From: Candidatus Omnitrophota bacterium | GTDB taxonomy: Bacteria > Omnitrophota > Gorgyraeia > Gygaellales > Profunditerraquicolaceae | Direction: 5' to 3' | NCBI GenBank assembly: GCA_028712255.1 | Contig: JAQTQJ010000004.1 | Location: 19,956-83,955, forward strand | DNA length: 64,000 nucleotides | Shown here: positions 59,919-64,000 of the stretch, piece by piece | How positions within the stretch are numbered: position 1 is the stretch's first letter | How the letters are laid out: each line of letters opens with the position of its first letter | Position numbers and translations under genes: made by a program | Notes under the pieces: model-generated | Seen by the model: only the letters and a program-made list of their open reading frames with translations | Databases searched by the model: none | What the model was told of the DNA's origin: nothing

Positions 59919-60906
59919 TTTTATGCTCCATCATCTGTAATCTGACTTTGGCCTGATCAGCCCAAAAACTCTGTGCATAATTATCTATTATATCATTATA
60001 ATAGATTTTTGCCGAATCAAAGTTCTTTTGTTTTTCATAAAAACGGCCAATGCTGTAGCTTGATTGTGCCTCTTTCTCCCTAATGGTATCAATATTCTTT
60101 TGCGCATCCAATGAAAGCACAGCATCTGGGTGCTCCTTTACAAAATCCTCAAACTTTTCTTTAGCATCCTGCGCTGCTCCCTGGTCATAAGCGGATCCCT
60201 TAGACAAACTTGCCCTGCAGGAAGCAATCTGGAATTTTGCCGCAGATGCCCATTCGCTATCCGGATAACGGGAAACCACTTTGTTAAACTCCTCCTCTGC
60301 CTCGTAATAACGCAACAGCCCTTTTAGAACCAAGCCTAATTTATATTGTGCTTTGGGCGCAAACGAACCATAGGTAGAATTTTCTACCACCTTTGAAAAT
60401 ATCTCAATCGCCGGATTATCCACAGGCAGATCTATACCCAAAGCTTTACGTTTTTCTCCGGACATAAACCTTTCGCCGATTTTATATTCTTTCTCGATAA
60501 TCTCCTGAATACGCTCGGAAAACGGATACTTATCAATTACCATCTGATAAGCCAGATATGCCTCATATGATTTGCCCTGCGCCTCTTCTGCCAATCCTAA
60601 ATAATACTGGCTCTCCGCAGCTTCTGCAGATTTAGGGTAAGCTTTAAGTAATTTACGAAATTCGCGTTTAGCTTCTTCATATTTATTATCGTCAAAATAA
60701 GACTTGGCATAGGCAAACTGCTCCTTTGGATCATCCTTGGGCAGGTTCTTCGGATTAACCCATTTACCACTTTTAGGGGTCCAAAGCCAATATGAATATA
60801 CAGGCTGGATAGATAAAAAAGAAATTATTAACAAGCTTAAGATTATGCGTTTCATAATGTTGGGGTCACTTTTCCAGGACAGTTGCCTATGTTGGAATAA
60901 AGACAT
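59908..60906 (-). CDS. TPR-repeat protein, BamD/YbgF-like
   Basis: Signal/anchor N-terminus plus multiple TPR-like helix pairs; 332 aa. Confidence 0.4.
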   Translation of the reverse strand: MSLFQHRQLSWKSDPNIMKRIILSLLIISFLSIQPVYSYWLWTPKSGKWVNPKNLPKDDPKEQFAYAKSYFDDNKYEEAKREFRKLLKAYPKSAEAAESQYYLGLAEEAQGKSYEAYLAYQMVIDKYPFSERIQEIIEKEYKIGERFMSGEKRKALGIDLPVDNPAIEIFSKVVENSTYGSFAPKAQYKLGLVLKGLLRYYEAEEEFNKVVSRYPDSEWASAAKFQIASCRASLSKGSAYDQGAAQDAKEKFEDFVKEHPDAVLSLDAQKNIDTIREKEAQSSYSIGRFYEKQKNFDSAKIYYNDIIDNYAQSFWADQAKVRLQMMEHKNEK

Positions 60907-60993
60907 TGAAAAGCTACTTTTAACTTTTCCAATTTAGCATAGCCGGCTGGCTTTGTCAAACAAATATCGGGGACGGTTCTATTTTAGGGGCCA

Positions 60994-61039
60994 GGGACCG
61001 GTTCTATTTTTTGTTTAAACAAAAAATTGAAACGGTCCC
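60994..61039. terminator. Imperfect family B hairpin downstream of comEC (gggaccggttctatttttt-gtttaaac-aaaaaattgaaacggtccc), preceded by a ggggacggttct half-site at 60969
   Basis: Seen directly. Confidence 0.55.
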
Positions 61040-61045
61040 TTTATT

Positions 61046-62461
61046 TTAAACATAGATATAAGCAAAGGGCAGCTTAACCAGAAAGGCATTTATGTTCAAA
61101 AGCAGGTTAATCAACATAGAAGTAGGAGTACTAAGAAGGCCGACTAGGCCAGGATTTAGCAGGCCGGATAGAAGTAAAATGAATCCGCATAAGGTAATTA
61201 TGGTAGCCAGGGGGACAATCAGAATATTGGCTAAAACAGTTACCGGAGCGATAATTCCAAAATTAAAAGCAATAATTCCCAGCGTGCCTAACCAGGCAGA
61301 AAATGAAACCAAACAACCCTGGCAGATAAATTTCCATATTTTGTTCCTGTAAGTTTCCAGGTGAATCAAGGCTGCCAGCTTAGGGTAAAGATAAACAATT
61401 GCCAATACACTGACAAAAGACAGCTGAAAACCTATATCAAAAAGCTGGCTTGGATTAATTACCAAAATAAATAGCCCAGCAATTGCCAAAGAATTATATA
61501 TATCCGGCATTCTCTTAAAAAGATACGCTGATAAAAAGATTATCCCCATTACTGTCGCGCGCACAACCGGATTACTTGCCCCTGTAATCAAGCAATAAAT
61601 AAACAAACAGATTATTGATAAAATAATACGAATCTTGCGTCCAAAACGCAAAATTTTAAACAATAAGTTAATAATAAAAGCAACAATACCCACATTAAAG
61701 CCGCTAACTACCAAAATATGCACTGTGCCGCTTTTTACAAAAGAACTATTCACCAACCAAGGAATACCGCGTTTTTGGCCTAAAACCATGGCAGAAAGTA
61801 TACTTGCCGGCAAATCCGTAAGCTGCTGGCTAATAACAGCTTCCATTTTAGCGCGCAACCAAAATGAAACTTTGATCAACTTAAACCCTCTGTTACTCTG
61901 CTGATAAATAAGCTGCCGCCTGTCCTCTACGTGCATTACCAAGTAGATACCTTGGCGCCCCAGAAAGTCTTTATAACCTCCGGCAACAGAGTTAAAATTA
62001 TAGGGCCGCTTTAAATTTCCGATAAGTATCAGGTTATCCCCATAATTTAATTTACAGGCAAAATCTAATCTAACCAATACCTTACCGCAACAAGGCCATT
62101 TTAACTTATCCCTCTGCATATCTTGGACGTAGAAGATAAATTGGATATGATTATCTTTTAATTCCGGCTCGCTATCGATAAATCCACTTAAGCGGTAGAG
62201 AAAATAATCTTTATAATAAATAAAATTACTGATATGGCATTGAGGCAGCGTGCGGGAATTATTTAAATTTAAAGCTCCCGCAAACAACGCTAAAAATAAT
62301 ATCAGGGCCGTAAATATAAAAATCTTTTTCTGTAGTAGGATTGAGACGGCAAAGATTCCTATTGCTGCCCCCATAACTGCCCAAAAATTAAAACCTATAA
62401 AATTAGCTAAAATAATTCCTAGAGAATAAAATATAGTTAATATTACCAACGGTAAATTCAT
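61046..62461 (-). CDS. comEC: ComEC/Rec2-family DNA uptake channel, lacking the C-terminal metallo-beta-lactamase domain
   Basis: Competence-domain motif HILVVSGFNV, polytopic; 471 aa. Confidence 0.65.
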   Translation of the reverse strand: MNLPLVILTIFYSLGIILANFIGFNFWAVMGAAIGIFAVSILLQKKIFIFTALILFLALFAGALNLNNSRTLPQCHISNFIYYKDYFLYRLSGFIDSEPELKDNHIQFIFYVQDMQRDKLKWPCCGKVLVRLDFACKLNYGDNLILIGNLKRPYNFNSVAGGYKDFLGRQGIYLVMHVEDRRQLIYQQSNRGFKLIKVSFWLRAKMEAVISQQLTDLPASILSAMVLGQKRGIPWLVNSSFVKSGTVHILVVSGFNVGIVAFIINLLFKILRFGRKIRIILSIICLFIYCLITGASNPVVRATVMGIIFLSAYLFKRMPDIYNSLAIAGLFILVINPSQLFDIGFQLSFVSVLAIVYLYPKLAALIHLETYRNKIWKFICQGCLVSFSAWLGTLGIIAFNFGIIAPVTVLANILIVPLATIITLCGFILLLSGLLNPGLVGLLSTPTSMLINLLLNINAFLVKLPFAYIYV

Positions 62462-62787
62462 TCGATAAAGAAAATTTTATTTAACTTCTCATAACGCTGG
62501 TTACCGATTCCTTTAACCTCTTTTAACTCCTCTAAATTAGAAAACTCTTTATGCAAAGAGCGGTATTCCATGATACGTTCAGCAAGTTTTGCTGAGATAC
62601 ATCTGGATTCAATTAACTCCTCAAGGCTTACTTTATTGAGGTTTATTCTGGCTAGTTCGATTTGCGGATTAATCATTTTTTCAATATGGCCATTTACTTT
62701 AACTAAATAATTTAAAATTAACCCGAAAAACGCCAAACCTAAAACAAATAAGAAAACTTTTCTCTCTTCAGGGGTAAAATTAAGCAT
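62458..62787 (-). CDS. comEA: ComEA-like helix-hairpin-helix DNA-binding protein
   Basis: N-terminal TM plus HhH motif LEELKEVKGIGNQRYEKL; 4-nt overlap with comEC. Confidence 0.7.
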   Translation of the reverse strand: MLNFTPEERKVFLFVLGLAFFGLILNYLVKVNGHIEKMINPQIELARINLNKVSLEELIESRCISAKLAERIMEYRSLHKEFSNLEELKEVKGIGNQRYEKLNKIFFIE

Positions 62788-62850
62788 GTTTAAATCCTCC
62801 TTACCTCAATAGACGTCCAAATGCTAAAAATCTAACTAAAAAACTATAGG

Positions 62851-62916
62851 AACAATGGGACCGTTTCTATTTTTAACTCTAAGGAAATTGATAAAAATAG
62901 AAACGGTCCCATTGTT
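62851..62916. repeat. Perfect 25-bp-stem hairpin (aacaatgggaccgtttctattttta ... taaaaatagaaacggtcccattgtt) in the divergent comEA / response-regulator intergenic region
   Basis: Seen directly; family B-like gggaccgtttc core. Confidence 0.8.
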
Positions 62917-62930
62917 CACCATTATTTCTT

Positions 62931-62959
62931 TGCAATTTACGGTTCTTTTAGTGTATACT
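62931..62959 (+). promoter_or_regulatory. Sigma70-like promoter TTGCAA-18-TATACT for the response-regulator gene
   Basis: Hexamers read directly, 7 nt upstream of ATG 62966. Confidence 0.45.
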
Positions 62960-62965
62960 TTAGTT

Positions 62966-63331
62966 ATGCCCAAGAAGATCCTGATTATTGACGATGACTT
63001 CAATATCGCCAAGAAAGATAAGGAAGAGCTGCTTAAGGCAGGTTACGAAGTAGTAATTGCCTATAGCGGCAAGGAAGGATTAGAAAAACTACGAGTTGAA
63101 AAACCGGATTGCATACTGCTTGACTTAGTCTTACCTGATGAGAGTGGTTTTAAAGTTGCTCAAGATATAAAAGCCCTACCGGAATATTCTGATATCCCAA
63201 TTATCGCCACATCCCTTAAACATGAAGAAATCGACAAGCATATCGCTGCCAAAAGCGGTATCACCGTCTATGTCGAAAAACCCATCGATTACCAAAGATT
63301 ACTTTTTGATATTAAAGACGTATTAACTTAA
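62966..63331 (+). CDS. Single-domain CheY-like response regulator (receiver only)
   Basis: MPKKILIIDDD acidic pocket, LLDLVLPD phospho-Asp, conserved T/S and K; 122 aa; the ORF-track upstream extension is hairpin translation. Confidence 0.75.
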   Translation: MPKKILIIDDDFNIAKKDKEELLKAGYEVVIAYSGKEGLEKLRVEKPDCILLDLVLPDESGFKVAQDIKALPEYSDIPIIATSLKHEEIDKHIAAKSGITVYVEKPIDYQRLLFDIKDVLT

Positions 63332-63390
63332 TAGTGACAGCGGCCATTATTCTTACTCGATTAGAAAGAATAATGGCCGCTGTCACTATT
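63330..63390. terminator. Bidirectional intrinsic terminator between convergent genes (aatagtgacagcggccattattctt-actcgattag-aagaataatggccgctgtcactatt)
   Basis: Perfect 25-bp stem overlapping both stop codons. Confidence 0.8.
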
Positions 63391-64000
63391 AAACAACGAT
63401 ATTTATGAGTTTCTGGGGAATGATAATGATTTTCTTCGGGGGCCTACCTTCCAACCAAGGAATCAATTTCTCATCTTTTAAGACCAATTCCGTAAGACTG
63501 TCTTCGGATAGATTGCGGCTAACTTCGATTTTACTGCGTACTTTACCATTAACTTGAATTACTAATTCTACATTTTCTTTAACCAATAACTTAGGATCAA
63601 ACTGCGGCCAAGAAGTTTTACAGATACTCTCTTTATTTCCTAAAATTCCCCAAAGCTCCTCAGAAAAATGCGGAGCAATCGGGCTAAGCATAATCACAAG
63701 GCTAGAGAACACCTGTTTATCTGCACCTAACTGGTAAATAACATTAGTCAACTCCATGAGGCTGGCGATAGCAGTGTTAAACTTAAATTCGTTAAAATCC
63801 ATCCCCACTTTTTTGATCGTCTTATGCAAAACTCTCAATACCGGCTGATCAGCCTTCTCTTTCAGATTTTCCTGAATACGCCAGACACGGTTTAAAAATT
63901 TATACGCCCCTTCCAATCCACGCTCCTCCCACTCCAGCTCTGTTTCAGGCGGAGCGGCAAATAAAATAAACAAGCGTAAGGCATCGGCTCCATAATTCTT
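63389..64000 (-). CDS. leuS: Leucyl-tRNA synthetase, 3-prime (C-terminal) fragment continuing beyond the window
   Basis: C-terminal anticodon-binding-domain sequence (KFLNRVWR, MLSPIAPHFSEELW, IQVNGKVRSKIEV); reading frame open to the window end. Confidence 0.75.
   Translation of the reverse strand, partial: KNYGADALRLFILFAAPPETELEWEERGLEGAYKFLNRVWRIQENLKEKADQPVLRVLHKTIKKVGMDFNEFKFNTAIASLMELTNVIYQLGADKQVFSSLVIMLSPIAPHFSEELWGILGNKESICKTSWPQFDPKLLVKENVELVIQVNGKVRSKIEVSRNLSEDSLTELVLKDEKLIPWLEGRPPKKIIIIPQKLINIVV

Overview
This is a low-GC (~37-38%) bacterial chromosomal segment in which almost every gene is on the minus strand. The genetic code is standard: UGA is used as a stop, and an RF2 gene with its programmed +1 frameshift at CUU UGA C is present. 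The gene content points to an anaerobic, diderm organism from an uncultivated lineage. Supporting genes are rubredoxin, a flavodiiron protein, a hybrid-cluster protein with an Rrf2 regulator, and envelope genes (Lnt, LpxL-like, LptE-like, BamD-like, MurJ). The architecture is reminiscent of giant-gene-bearing candidate phyla such as Omnitrophota, but I cannot verify taxonomy from sequence alone. Minus-strand genes from left to right: birA, a cysteine desulfurase, a PP-loop LarE-like ATPase, Nfu, trxB, a glutaredoxin-like protein, a PNPOx-like protein, a flavodiiron protein, an FNR-like reductase, a 53-aa rubredoxin that the ORF track missed, and a Met-rich membrane protein. Next come hcp, an HD protein, a ferredoxin-domain protein, an Rrf2 regulator, an ArsB/NhaD transporter, and a paired EamA half-transporter. 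A small-molecule or cell-wall modification cluster follows: FemAB-like, DegT aminotransferase (plus strand), alpha/beta hydrolase (plus strand), arginase-like, class-III aminotransferase, HAD phosphatase and radical SAM. After that are a ZIP transporter, a candidate ribosomal protein bTHX ORF, lipoproteins, a HAD hydrolase, a second ArsB/NhaD paralog, an LpxL-family acyltransferase, a PF04008-like protein, a PIG-L deacetylase lipoprotein and lnt. The dominant feature is a single uninterrupted 16.8-kb ORF (30635..47419) encoding a 5594-aa signal-peptide-bearing protein. It is a mosaic of an M48-type HExxH peptidase module, a UbiB/ABC1-like kinase module, at least one clear Hsp90/MORC-like GHKL ATPase module (possibly two), TPR-like helical repeats, a beta-rich putative propeller and a second HExxH motif. 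The remaining minus-strand genes are secA, prfB, pilT, a GT2 synthase with a PEGA protein, a short uvrC, murJ, holA, an lptE-like gene, a BamD-like gene, a truncated comEC, comEA and a leuS 3-prime fragment; rpsT and a single-domain response regulator are on the plus strand. Two families of dispersed palindromic elements punctuate intergenic regions. One is a modular ~45-85 bp palindrome (GTCATTGCGAG / GTCATTCTGAG arms) in 7 copies. The other is a set of GC-stem terminator hairpins sharing a GGGGACGGTTCT core. I found no CRISPR array, transposase or rRNA, and did not identify a tRNA by eye. All calls rest on motif-level recognition of the supplied translations, not on searches.
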